From contig NC_043018.1 of the NCBI RefSeq assembly GCF_006345805.1, positions 24,366,001-24,430,000 on the forward strand: DNA of 64,000 nt, read 5' to 3'. How positions within the stretch are numbered: the first letter of the stretch is position 1; the number at the start of each line of letters is the position of its first letter. Below are positions 55,135 through 64,000 of the stretch, piece by piece. The notes beneath the pieces were generated by a model, which was not told the origin of the DNA, did not search any database, and worked only from the letters and a program-made list of their open reading frames with translations. The stretch is from Octopus sinensis. Lineage: Eukaryota. A program made the position numbers and the translations under genes.

Positions 55135-58100
55135 ATATGTCTACATAACAGCCTGCATACAACTCTACCTGTTTATATATAAACTGTGGATATTGGGGTC
55201 TGACTACTTTCTACATATATTTCCTATTTAATACAAACGTGCACACACATACATGCATACATACATACATATATACACATGCACACTGATGCGCATGCAC
55301 ACACACACAAAAGGCTTCTTTCAGTTTCTGCCCAAATCCACTCTCAAGGCTCTGATTGGCTTCAAGCTATAATAGAAGATACTTACCCATGGTGCCATGC
55401 TGTGGGACTGAACTTGGAACCATGTGGTTGGGAAACAAAGTTCTTACCGTATAGCCATACCTGTACCTATATTTCCCATAAACTCTATTTGGTTATCCTT
55501 TATTTTTCATTTTTTTCTGAATTTTTCAAATTATAAAGGTATTTTAGGGACCCTCTGTATTTTGTATACTTCTGTTTCATTTCCCCATCCTCTTCCTGTT
55601 TTCATCTCGTCTTTTATGTAAAGTTCCTAACAAGTTTTAAATTGTCCCCTTCATCTGATGCACATAAGAGGAATCCTTATTAATATTATTTTATAAAGCT
55701 GTGAGCTAGCAGACTTGTTAGCATGCTGGGCAAAATGCTTCGCAACATTTTGTTCGTCTGTATGTTCTGAGTTCGAATTCTGCTGAGGTCGACTTTGCCC
55801 TTCATCCTTTCTGTGTCCTTATAAAATAAGTACCAGCTGAACACTGGAGCTGATGTAATTGACTTATTATCCTTCCCTGAAGTTTCTGGTCTTGTACTAA
55901 AATTTGAAACCATTATTGGTATTATTATTATTAGGAACTTGTGAACCGTGATTCTGACCAAGACAATTGGCAAACCATCAACAGTTTAGTGAGGTTACAC
56001 CATGTCAATACAAGTCAAGCACTCAAGGTAAGCAACAGTTCTTATGTTTGTCCTTCTCAACATATTGAGTCTCTTTCTCTCTATTTATCTGTTGTCTATA
56101 TTTCTATCTATATTTTTGCTCTCTGTTTTTTCTCTGTCTGCCATGTCCATCTGTCTACCTTGTCTGTCTGTTGTCCTATGTGTCTGCTTTGTTGTCTGTC
56201 TGTCAGTTGCCCTGTCTACTCTGTCTGCTGCTTGGTCTGTCCATCTGTACGTCTGCTGCCCTGTCCGTCTGTACGTTTGCTGCCCTGTCCATCTATTTGT
56301 CCGTCTGCTGCCCTGTCCGTCTGTCTGTCTGCTGCCCTGTCCATCTGTTTGTCCGTCTGCTGCCCTGTCCGTCTGTACGTCTGCTGCCCTGTCCGTCTGT
56401 ACGTCTGCTGCCCTGTCCACCTGTCTGTCTGCTGCCTTGTCCGTCTGTCTGTCTGCTGCCCTGTCCGTCTGTCTGTCTGCTGCCCTGTCCGTCTGTCTGT
56501 CTGCTGCCCTGTCCGTCTGTCTGTCTGCTGCTATGTCTGTCTTGTGTGCCTGTCTGTCTGTATGTCACTACAACTTTACACTGTATATCTTCAGGTGTCT
56601 GGCAAGCAGTTACCAGAATGGGGGTTCCATCAGCTGGAAGTGGTCACAGATCGAATCGCAGAACAGGACCCCACTATTTGGAATGTGGAGGAACACCGCT
56701 ACACCAAAGGTTTGTAGTCATTAACTGTGTTCCTTTTCCATTGCATAAGATGCCATCTTACCTTTTCCTTTTGCTCCTCTTTAGTTCCCCATATCTAATG
56801 TTGTGGTAGCACTCCATCTCCTCCTACTCAACCTTCCCACCATTCTAGCACTCTACCTCTTCCTTACTATGCCTCTAACACTTCTTTTCACTTTATCATC
56901 ATCATCATATTCATTTAGCGTCCGCTTTCCATGCTAGCATGGGTTGGATGGTTCACCTGGGGTCTGGGAAGCCAGGAGGCTGCACCAGACTCCAGTCTGA
57001 TCTAGCAGTGTTCCTACGGCTGGATGCCCTTCCTAATGCCAACCACTCCGTGAGTGTAGTGGGTGCTTTTTACGTGCCAGATGGGGCTGGCAAACGGCCA
57101 CAGTCGGATGGTGCTTTTTACGTGCCACCGGCACGGGGGCCAGGCGAGGCTGGCAATGGCCATGATCCGATGGTGCTTTTTACAATCCCTTCCCTAGCTA
57201 CCTTGAATTCTGAAAAGACCCTCCAACCAATGCAAGCATAGCAAACAGCACAACCTATCCCATCGTTGGCTTCATGAATTAAACCCACCCCATTACCATT
57301 ATCACTTTGTTTTATATCCTGTTGTTGGATAAATAATTTAACGAAGCAGGAAAGAAAGTAGTCATATGATGCAATACAATTACTGTTACATGTGGTTAAA
57401 CGCTCTCTGCCAACGGCTCACAGTGAACTGCCTGCCTTCCATTGCTCATATCAACTCGACAGTTCTTCATAGCAATGTGTCAGTCCACTTTTAGTCACTT
57501 GAGCAAGTGGTTGGAATCCTTCCACGACACTTTGTATCTCTGCTCTCCTTCACACTACTCAGGTACTATTTTTTTCTTTCTCCATCCCCTCAAACACTAA
57601 AGAATGTGCCCCAGCATGGCCACAGTCCAGTAAACAAAGAAAAAAAAAGAATATTGAATAAGCCCATGCTCCCCTTTTCTTGATATATGTTATAACATTG
57701 AATTACTGAGGGTCTGGTGCAGCCCTCCAGCTTACCAGCTCCAGTCAAACCAGCCAACCATGCCAACCCATGCCAACATGGAGAACAGATGTTAAATGAT
57801 GATGATGGATTAATTCAATTAAGTGAAATGTACTTAATGAGATGATTTTAATTTTCTGGTTTCAGCTTCTGGTAAAGAAGGACAGACCCGAGAGTTGAGT
57901 GAAGCTGAAATGATTCCGTCGGAACCGACTCAGTTGTCTTTGTGGGCCAAATTTTGGGAGTTACAGGTGAGAACTATTAATTAAGGGTTTATAACCTTGA
58001 GTTTAGTTGCAGTAAGTTAGTCCTAGGTAGATCTCATTGGTTGTATCATTAATTATAGGGAACAATCACTACAGCTTCAGGAGATGAGGGGTTCTCTATG

Positions 58101-61100
58101 CAGTTGTTGAAGCTGCTAGAAATAGAAGCTAAACATCCTTCAGGTCACACCCTACTCTTTTAAAGAGAAGACAGAGATAATACAGTTTTAAATACACTGT
58201 CTGAAAATAAAAATGGGAAGGTGAAGACTGGAATGTTTTTGTGTTTAGGAAGGGCATCCAGCTGTAGAAACTCTGCCAGATCAGATTGGAGTCTGGTTTG
58301 CCAGACCTCAGTCAAATCGTCCAACCCATGCTAGCATGGAAAGCGGATGTTAAATGATGGTGATGATTTGTTAGTTTGTGTGAAAGAGTGTAGCCTAGTG
58401 GTTAGGGTGTTACCATCCCAATCATGAGATCATGGTTTCAATTCCCAGACCAACCATGCATTGTGTTCTTGAGCAAAATGCTTCATCTCATGTTAGTCCA
58501 GTCTGTCCACTCAGCTGTAAAATGGGTGGTCTTGTTTTGGATTGGCATACAAGGGTGAGATGGTAACTCAGGAAAATCACCTGAATGGGGGTCTCGCAAG
58601 CCACATTTTGTATTTAACAATTGAAAGGATGAACAGTACAACCTGCTCTGTGAATTTTGTGAAGGCGTATGGCTCTGTGGTTAGAGTGTCAGGCTCCCAA
58701 TCATGAGGTGAGACCGGTCTATGTGTTGTGTTCTTGAGCAAGACACTTTATTTCACATTGCTCCAGTTGACTCAGCTGTAGAAATGAGTTGTGATACACA
58801 CACACATAATCAAATGAGCAACAACAGATGATGGATAATTGTCAGCTCATTACAGCTGTTTCTTACACATCTTTTTGATAGAAGAATGAGAAAATTACTC
58901 CATTAAAAAACACTAATCTTCAGGTGAAATGTAATTTCACAAATAAAAGAAAATCCCAAGAATGCAGCAGGGACATGGCTGAACCTGGGTTCTCATTCCT
59001 AAGGTATTTTTCAATGTTATTATTATTGTTATTCAGGTCAACAACCTCCTAAGCAGATCGAGTGCAGATATGAGAAGCACATAGGAACCGGTATTAAGGA
59101 AGGATAGAAAAATATTAGATTTATAAGCTCTAAAATTCACTCCATAATTGCCCATGAGTATATGACGTAGTGGTTAAGAGTGCGGGCTACTAACTCCAAG
59201 ATTCTGAGTTTGATTTCAAGCAGTGACCTGAACAGTAACAATAATAATAATAACAACATCGAAAAATACCTTAGGAATGAGAACCCAGGTTCGAAAATTT
59301 CCCCAAGACACCTGAAGAAGGCTGGAGGGTATATCAGCCGAAATGTTGTGTTAACAACAAACAAGATGAGGACAAATATCTGTCAAATGTAAATAATGTA
59401 AATAAACATCTCATTTGTTTTGGTGATGTTATTTCTTTTTTAGGTTAAAATGATTTCCTCAAACCATGATGTAGATTTGGAACATAAATACAGCTCTGGT
59501 CCTTTGGAATGGCCACTTATGGACAAGAATGTTGCTTACTGGATCAGTCCTAATACCAATGTAAGTTCTCTTGGATTGTTATACATGCACACACACACAT
59601 GATGAGGGTTCCAGTTGATCCATTCAATGGAACAGCTATTTCATAAAATTAACGAGCATGTGGCTGAGTACTCCACAGACATGCATGCCCTTAATGTAGT
59701 TCTCAGGGAGATTCAGTGTGACACAGAATCTGACAAGGCTGGTCCTTTGAATTACAGATACAACTCATTTCTACCACTGAGTGGACCGGAGCAATGTCAA
59801 ATCAAGCGACTTGCTCTTGGACACAATGTTCCTCACCACCTTATGATCATGTGCCAATCATATACACACACACACATGTATATATATACACATACTCACA
59901 CACACACATATACATACAGTTAATTCAAGGAAGTCATATCCCTATTAGGGATCATATAAACCAAAATTCCACTGGTTTAATCCCTATCATATAATGCAAA
60001 AGTCGTTGGTATATGTTTGGGATTATTGAAATTATCAATAACCCACTAATACTCTACACCTCCTTCAAAAGAAGAAATGATTACCTAACTTCCATGAGCT
60101 CTATATTAACCTGAAGAAGTCCTACCACCGTATAGTTTAGAATATAGTAACTTTCTCAGCATTAAACCAAATGCTTTGAAATTCCCATCAACCAGATGGT
60201 AAGACTGAAACATATATGTAGGTTCCTTATTTTATTTTAATTTATGTTTCGAGCTTTCAACCTGTTATTCAATTTATTTGTTCTGTTATATTTAAAAAAA
60301 AACTGTCATCTTTTTGTAACATACAAATTAATTACACCCATTTCTTCATTTTCCCCCCAATATATATATATATATTGTAAACAAACTTTTTTTTTGTTTT
60401 GTCATACAGACAAGAAAATAATATTTCAAATGCACTATAACCATGAAGCAGCAGAAAAAATGGGTGTTTTACCCTTATATATCTGAGAGGTGTTGTTTCA
60501 AATCCCATGGCTGTCTGCTGACAACTTTTTTCTGTCTTATAAGGGTAAAATAAAATACCCACTTTTTCTACTGTCTTCATGGCTATACTGCACTCAGAAT
60601 ATTACTTTCTTGTCTGTATAATATATATATATATAAATTTTTATGTAAATTGATTAAAGAAAAATCATTATATGTGAAATAGTAAATGTGATTAATTTAT
60701 TTTTTAAGGCTCAGATTCATCTCCTGGGGAATATTTTCATCTGGTATCTCTGCACCGCTTCCCTGTTTGGCTATTTGACCCTGTGGATATTTTACATGCT
60801 CCGAAGACGACGTTCTTTATTTGATTTAAATGAAGGTCAGTATAAAATGTATTGAATTCCAGGAGAAAGACGTGTGTGTGTGTGTGTTATGTTTGTACTG
60901 TGCATTGTTATGATGTGTAGTTCTATGTATGCTGTGTTCTGTAACCTTATCAATTGTACAACTTCTGTCACTTCCTCTGAGCCCTTAAGTATTTCCTTGT
61001 ATTTAGCGGATGTTAACTGAACTATTGCTCATCCATTCGTTCGTTCGTTCGTTTAACGTCCGTTCTCCATGCTAGCATGGGTTAGGCTGGTAATATTTAT

Positions 61101-62792
61101 CCCTACTTAAACATGGTTGTTCTGTTAATACAAACTTTACTGCGGTAGATACCATGAGAAAAACTCTCTATTGGCTTTTGGTGCAAAATGCATTCATGTT
61201 TATATCACCTCCAGCACTGAGATCACCAAATCGCTTGGTTTCAACCTTCTTTAGTCTTGTTAATGATGGATGCTCATCTGCTAGAGATAGCAGCAAACCA
61301 TCTCTCTGCCATTGATATATAGAATAAAAGTGTCAGAATAGGCACTGGCATCATGATTAGCCAGTGAGCTTGTTAAAAAAATATATAGTAGTGACAGGGG
61401 CAGTATTAAAACTGAGAGGTAATATTTATCTCCACTTGAAAGTTGATGTTCTGTTAGAACAAACTATACTGCGGTAGATCCCATGAGAGAGACTCTCATA
61501 TTGGCTTTTGGTGCAAAGTGCATTCTTGTTTACATCGCTAGCAGGGGAGATAAATGCCCATCTCCTCCAGTGCTGAGACCACCAAATCACTCGGTTCTGA
61601 CCGTCTTTGGTCTCATCAATGATGGCTGCTCAGCTGCTAGAGACAGCACCAACTCATCTCCCTGCCAGTAATATATAGAATAAGAGTGTCAGAACAGGTG
61701 CTGGTGTCATGATTAGTCAGTAGGGTTATTAAAAAATATTTATTAGCAACAGGGGCCGTATTAATACAGAGCAGTAATATTTATTCTCATTTAAATGTGG
61801 ATCCTGGGCTACTGTGGATAAATATCAATTTAATCACTGTGATCACCGTGACCAAACAGGCTATCAGATGTTGCTTCACATCGCTGGTCACAATTCACTT
61901 CGCATTGTTTTAGTCTTCAAATGACACCATCCTAAGCGAGCAGGCCAACAGAAGAAAGAGTGAGAGAAAGTTGTGGCGAAAGAGTACAGCAGGGATCGCC
62001 ACCACCCCCTGCCAGAGCCTCGTGGAGCTTTAGGTGTTTTTGCTCAATAAACACAACGCCCAGTCTCGGAATCGAAATCGCGATCCTACAACCATGAGTC
62101 CACTGCCCTAACCACTGAGCCATTGCGCCTCCACATCAATTTAATTAATATATCAAAATAGCTACTAATAATTTCATGCTCAGAGATACATGGCGTATTT
62201 TATAAATATTCCTATTTAAAGTATCATGAAAGTATGAAACTATTAGTCATATATACATACACTTTCACCATGGAAAAGTGGACGTTGATGATGATCATGA
62301 TATATAATGCTAGGAGGGACTCTTAAAGTCAAAACTACCAAAATAAATAAACGCATTGTACCGAATACAAGGAATGCAACTCTCGAAGCATTTTTATATA
62401 AATGTACACATTTTTTTCACTTCACTGTAGTTGTTCAAAGCCACTTATCGTGAAGGGTGTAGCAATCCCACCGGTCAATCTAGAAATTCATTTCCATGGA
62501 GGGCAGGATTTCGATACAGAGTGACACAAACGAATAACATTAAAACCATTTCTTTGATGCTCTACCAATTCTACCAATCCACTCTACAATGTCTGTATTT
62601 CTTTTCCATTTCAGTCGAGTGGGACCAGTTTACATTCACGGGTCAACTTCTGATTGGAGGCTTCTTATTTCATTACCTGCCTCACTTTGTAACTGATCGC
62701 ACCCTCTTCCTACACCATTACCTGCCGGCCTTCCTCTTTCAGGTGATCACCTGTGCTGCTCTCTTCGACCACTTCATTCTCATATCTGCCAG
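34216..62792 (+). CDS. POMT1: Protein O-mannosyltransferase 1 (PMT4 subfamily), 18 coding exons in window, 3' end truncated by window edge
   Basis: Joined exons (34216-34308, 38409-38554, 40765-40868, 42697-42747, 44718-44864, 45041-45149, 46104-46169, 46315-46408, 46994-47149, 49805-50037, 51725-51817, 54608-54704, 55935-56027, 56595-56709, 57866-57966, 59444-59560, 60709-60835, 62615-62792) give one open frame with all introns GT-AG. Motifs include [39 protein letters not shown]-domain CWLHSH / [13 protein letters not shown] / WNVEEH, and TLFLHHYLP. These match my recollection of human POMT1 and Drosophila rotated abdomen rather than POMT2. Confidence 0.96.
37960..38084. repeat. 42-bp tandem repeat x3
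   Basis: gaaaaagtaatttagtgcttatacaaaataaaagctaag at 37962, 38004 and 38046. Confidence 0.95.
38409..38554 (+). CDS. POMT1: POMT1 exon 2 (GDGAPEGK...[35 protein letters not shown])
   Basis: tcatttag acceptor, gtgagt donor; TM1 followed by PRAVV leading into the DE motif. Confidence 0.92.
40765..40868 (+). CDS. POMT1: POMT1 exon 3 ([34 protein letters not shown])
   Basis: ttcag acceptor, gtaaat donor; PMT-family DE motif and D-x-HPP motif. Confidence 0.97.
41690..42100 (+). pseudogene. Two adjacent RTE-type LINE 3'-end fragments
   Basis: LLWTPNHG...GRPWKMY..QL..D.G..DRKGWR (41700-41870) and [22 protein letters not shown] (41920-42100) match the consensus pattern of RTE-like C-termini. Confidence 0.65.
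42420..42629. mobile_element. mariner-type MITE
   Basis: Inverted termini agggtgctggaaagttcct and aggaacttttaagcacccc, about 210 bp apart. Confidence 0.6.
42697..42747 (+). CDS. POMT1: POMT1 exon 4 ([17 protein letters not shown])
   Basis: ttccag acceptor, gtaaat donor; 51 nt, phase 1-1; G-F-x-G-N-x-x-F-x-R-I-G motif. Confidence 0.93.
44718..44864 (+). CDS. POMT1: POMT1 exon 5 ([49 protein letters not shown])
   Basis: gtccag acceptor, gtaagt donor; LRLLPA motif. Confidence 0.96.
45041..45149 (+). CDS. POMT1: POMT1 exon 6 ([36 protein letters not shown])
   Basis: tttcag acceptor, gtaagt donor; QSRFILME motif. Confidence 0.96.
46104..46169 (+). CDS. POMT1: POMT1 exon 7 ([21 protein letters not shown])
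   Basis: cctccag acceptor, gtatgt donor; WWLWLT..TG motif. Confidence 0.95.
46315..46408 (+). CDS. POMT1: POMT1 exon 8 ([31 protein letters not shown])
   Basis: ttgcag acceptor, gtgagt donor; KY-x-G motif. Absent from the supplied ORF track in this frame. Confidence 0.94.
46994..47149 (+). CDS. POMT1: POMT1 exon 9 ([11 protein letters not shown]...[16 protein letters not shown])
   Basis: caacag acceptor, gtaagt donor; [13 protein letters not shown] motif. Confidence 0.97.
49284..49502. mobile_element. piggyBac-type MITE family B
   Basis: TTAA-CCCTTTAG...CTAAAGGG-TTAA; an interrupted inverted copy at 52931-53768 and a partial copy at about 63748-63950. Confidence 0.75.
49805..50037 (+). CDS. 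POMT1: POMT1 exon 10, MIR1 ([23 protein letters not shown]...CWLHSH...[13 protein letters not shown]...WWIIKHPN)
   Basis: tttaaag acceptor, gtaggt donor; strong MIR-domain motifs. Confidence 0.97.
51725..51817 (+). CDS. POMT1: POMT1 exon 11 ([30 protein letters not shown])
   Basis: ttccag acceptor, gtttgt donor; HGD.IQLVHG motif. Confidence 0.95.
52020..52485. repeat. 29-bp G-rich minisatellite (about 16 copies)
   Basis: Unit gagggcagtttgtggtagaaaggatgagt, starting at 52052, 52081, 52110 and 52139. It explains the 315-aa and 197-aa minus-strand ORFs. Confidence 0.95.
54608..54704 (+). CDS. POMT1: POMT1 exon 12 ([32 protein letters not shown])
   Basis: gactag acceptor, gtaagt donor; [18 protein letters not shown] motif. 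Confidence 0.97.
55935..56027 (+). CDS. POMT1: POMT1 exon 13 ([31 protein letters not shown])
   Basis: ttattag acceptor, gtaagc donor; phase 0-0. Confidence 0.95.
56190..56560. repeat. ~24-bp minisatellite in POMT1 intron 13
   Basis: Unit ctgctgccctgtccgtctgt(ct/ac)gt repeated about 14 times. Confidence 0.9.
56595..56709 (+). CDS. POMT1: POMT1 exon 14 ([38 protein letters not shown])
   Basis: cttcag acceptor, gtttgt donor; LPEWGF.Q.EV and WNVEEHRY motifs. Confidence 0.96.
57866..57966 (+). CDS. POMT1: POMT1 exon 15 ([33 protein letters not shown])
   Basis: tttcag acceptor, gtgaga donor; AEMIP..WAK..ELQ motif. Confidence 0.94.
58846..58928 (-). ncRNA. Degenerate minimal hammerhead motif H5 (antisense, POMT1 intron 15)
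   Basis: Minus strand reads ttcac-CTGAAGA-ttag...gtaa-GAAA-cagct-GTA-atgag. Stem III palindrome ACAGCTGT is intact, but stems I and II are mismatched. Confidence 0.5.
59150..59232 (+). mobile_element. tRNA-like SINE head upstream of hammerhead H6
   Basis: A-box-like TGACGTAGTGG (59163-73), D-loop-like GGTTAAGAG, 7-nt anticodon-like loop CTACTAA and B-box-like GAGTTTGATTTC, followed by (AAT)n. Stems are too degenerate for a functional tRNA. Confidence 0.6.
59307..59352 (+). ncRNA. Very short hammerhead motif H6 (sense, POMT1 intron 15)
   Basis: gacac-CTGAAGA(59312-18)-a-ggctg[10 nt]cagcc-GAAA(59340-43)-t-GTT-gtgtt. Stem I gacac/gtgtt, stem II ggctg/cagcc. Stem III is ATGT, one transition from palindromic ACGT. 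Confidence 0.6.
59444..59560 (+). CDS. POMT1: POMT1 exon 16 ([39 protein letters not shown])
   Basis: tttttag acceptor, gtaagt donor; HKYSS.P.EWP motif. Confidence 0.96.
60108..60224 (+). ncRNA. Minimal type-I hammerhead motif H7 (sense, POMT1 intron 16)
   Basis: aac-CTGAAGA(60111-17)-agtcctacca...tggtaagact-GAAA(60207-10)-catatat-GTA(60218-20)-ggtt. Stem II 9/10 bp; stem III palindrome ACATATATGT; stem I short, with a bulge. Confidence 0.75.
60709..60835 (+). CDS. POMT1: POMT1 exon 17 ([42 protein letters not shown])
   Basis: ttttaag acceptor, gtcagt donor; AQIHLLGN and LRRRR motifs. Confidence 0.96.
61840..62135 (-). mobile_element. tRNA-derived SINE (third family)
   Basis: Reverse complement starts tggaggcgcaatggctcagtggttagggcagtgg (tRNA-like head). 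Homologous copies at about 26215-26500, 29740-29915 and 46650-46850. Confidence 0.75.
62615..62792 (+). CDS. POMT1: POMT1 exon 18 ([58 protein letters not shown])
   Basis: tttcag acceptor, gtaaaa donor; [11 protein letters not shown] motif. No stop reached, so the gene continues past the window. Confidence 0.96.
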
Positions 62793-63069
62793 GTAAAACC
62801 AATTCTCTTTTCCAACTTTGTGTATGCCTTTTATCTTTTACTTGTTTCTCTCATTGAACAGCTGCCATGCTGGAGCAATACCTTCAAGGGTTTCTCAACC
62901 ATTTTTTGTCTTTGGACCCTTTTGGTTCCTATTTTTATCTACTGGACCCCCAAACCCATTCAATGATTAAAAAAGGTCCCATTATGTTTTTATAATTAAA
63001 TAATATTAGGAATAGTGTAGAAAAAAATTGTTAAAATATTTTGTATATTGTAGAAGCATAATCTATTTA

Positions 63070-63570
63070 ATGTGGAACTGTGTAAAGGCACCTGTGCCAC
63101 GCCACGTAAAAGCACTTGTGTGACGCCATGTAAAACTGCCCATGAAGTGGCATGTGAAAGTATCTGTGTTGTGCTACATAAAAGCACCTGTGCCACGTCA
63201 CATAAAAGCACCTGTTCCACATCATATAAAAGCACCTGTGTGACGTCACACAAAAGCATGTACTACACCATATAAAAGCATTTGTGCAGCGCCATGTGAA
63301 AGCATTTGTGCCACCTCACATAAAAGCACCTGTGCCGCACTATGTAAAAACACCTGTGCCACATCAAATAAAAACACTTGTGTGGAACCACATAAAAGCA
63401 CATGTGCTGTGCCATGTAAAAGCACCTGTGTCACATCACATAAAAGCACCTGTGTGGAACCACATAAAAGCACCTATGCCACGCGATTTAAAAGCACCTG
63501 TGTCACATCACATAAAAGCACTTGTATGACACCATGTAAAAGTGCCAGTTTGGCGTCACATAAAACTGCC
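63070..63570. repeat. ~23-24-bp degenerate minisatellite
   Basis: Unit aaaagcacctgtgccacatcacat repeated about 20 times. The unit also occurs singly in the non-LTR 3' module (taaaaagcacc). Confidence 0.9.
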
Positions 63571-64000
63571 CATGTTGTGAGGGGAAAAGGGAAGAGTGGA
63601 AAGTGTGATGATTGATGTTGTTTAAGAACTCTTGGCCGTTTCTGACTTTGTGGTGGTGAATCTCAGTTATTTGATGAGGATTTAGTTGTTCAGCCAAGTG
63701 ACTTAACATATAAGTGGCTGAGTATTCCATAGACATCTGTACCTGTAACCCTTTAGCATTCACAGTATTATGTCAGAAGTAATGCTTATTTATTCTCATT
63801 GCGTTGTATTAATCATGCATCATCTTGTAGCTTTGAGATTTTGAAGAGGTAACTTAATTTTTAGAATGATATTGTAGGGTCGGTATGATAGGCCAGATCT
63901 GGTCAGTTTGAACATAAAACAGGTAGAATATTTCAGTTAGATATAGCTCTACTCTTTCACCACAACTTTCTTCCCATTTTTCTTGTGCCTGTATTTCAAA

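Noticed and set aside
59150-59232. Possible tRNA gene
   Set aside because: Acceptor, anticodon and T stems do not pair properly, and it runs into an (AAT)n tail; interpreted as a SINE head.

Overview
Eukaryotic, AT-rich, microsatellite- and SINE-dense genomic DNA. The repeat landscape suggests an octopus-type coleoid cephalopod (inference). One gene is clearly supported: POMT1 (protein O-mannosyltransferase 1, + strand). I hand-spliced 18 GT-AG coding exons from ATG 34216 to 62792 (2120 nt, about 707 codons, phases consistent); the last exon(s) lie beyond the window. A second, unidentified + strand gene may end in 385-10802 as a chain of 21/27/30-nt microexons (low confidence). Nearly all ORFs in the supplied track are microsatellite or minisatellite artefacts. 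The most notable unannotated structure is a set of seven minimal type-I hammerhead ribozyme motifs (CUGANGA...GAAA...GUH), plus remnants. They come from several unrelated sequence families, each with its own palindromic or near-palindromic stem III. Three lie in POMT1 introns, two of them on the sense strand, and one is fused behind a tRNA-like Pol III head. Also present: tRNA-derived SINEs (including recurrent multimers), piggyBac, pogo and mariner MITEs, RTE LINE remnants, several long palindromes and a 100-N gap at 32041-32140. All calls were made by eye; no database search or folding program was run.
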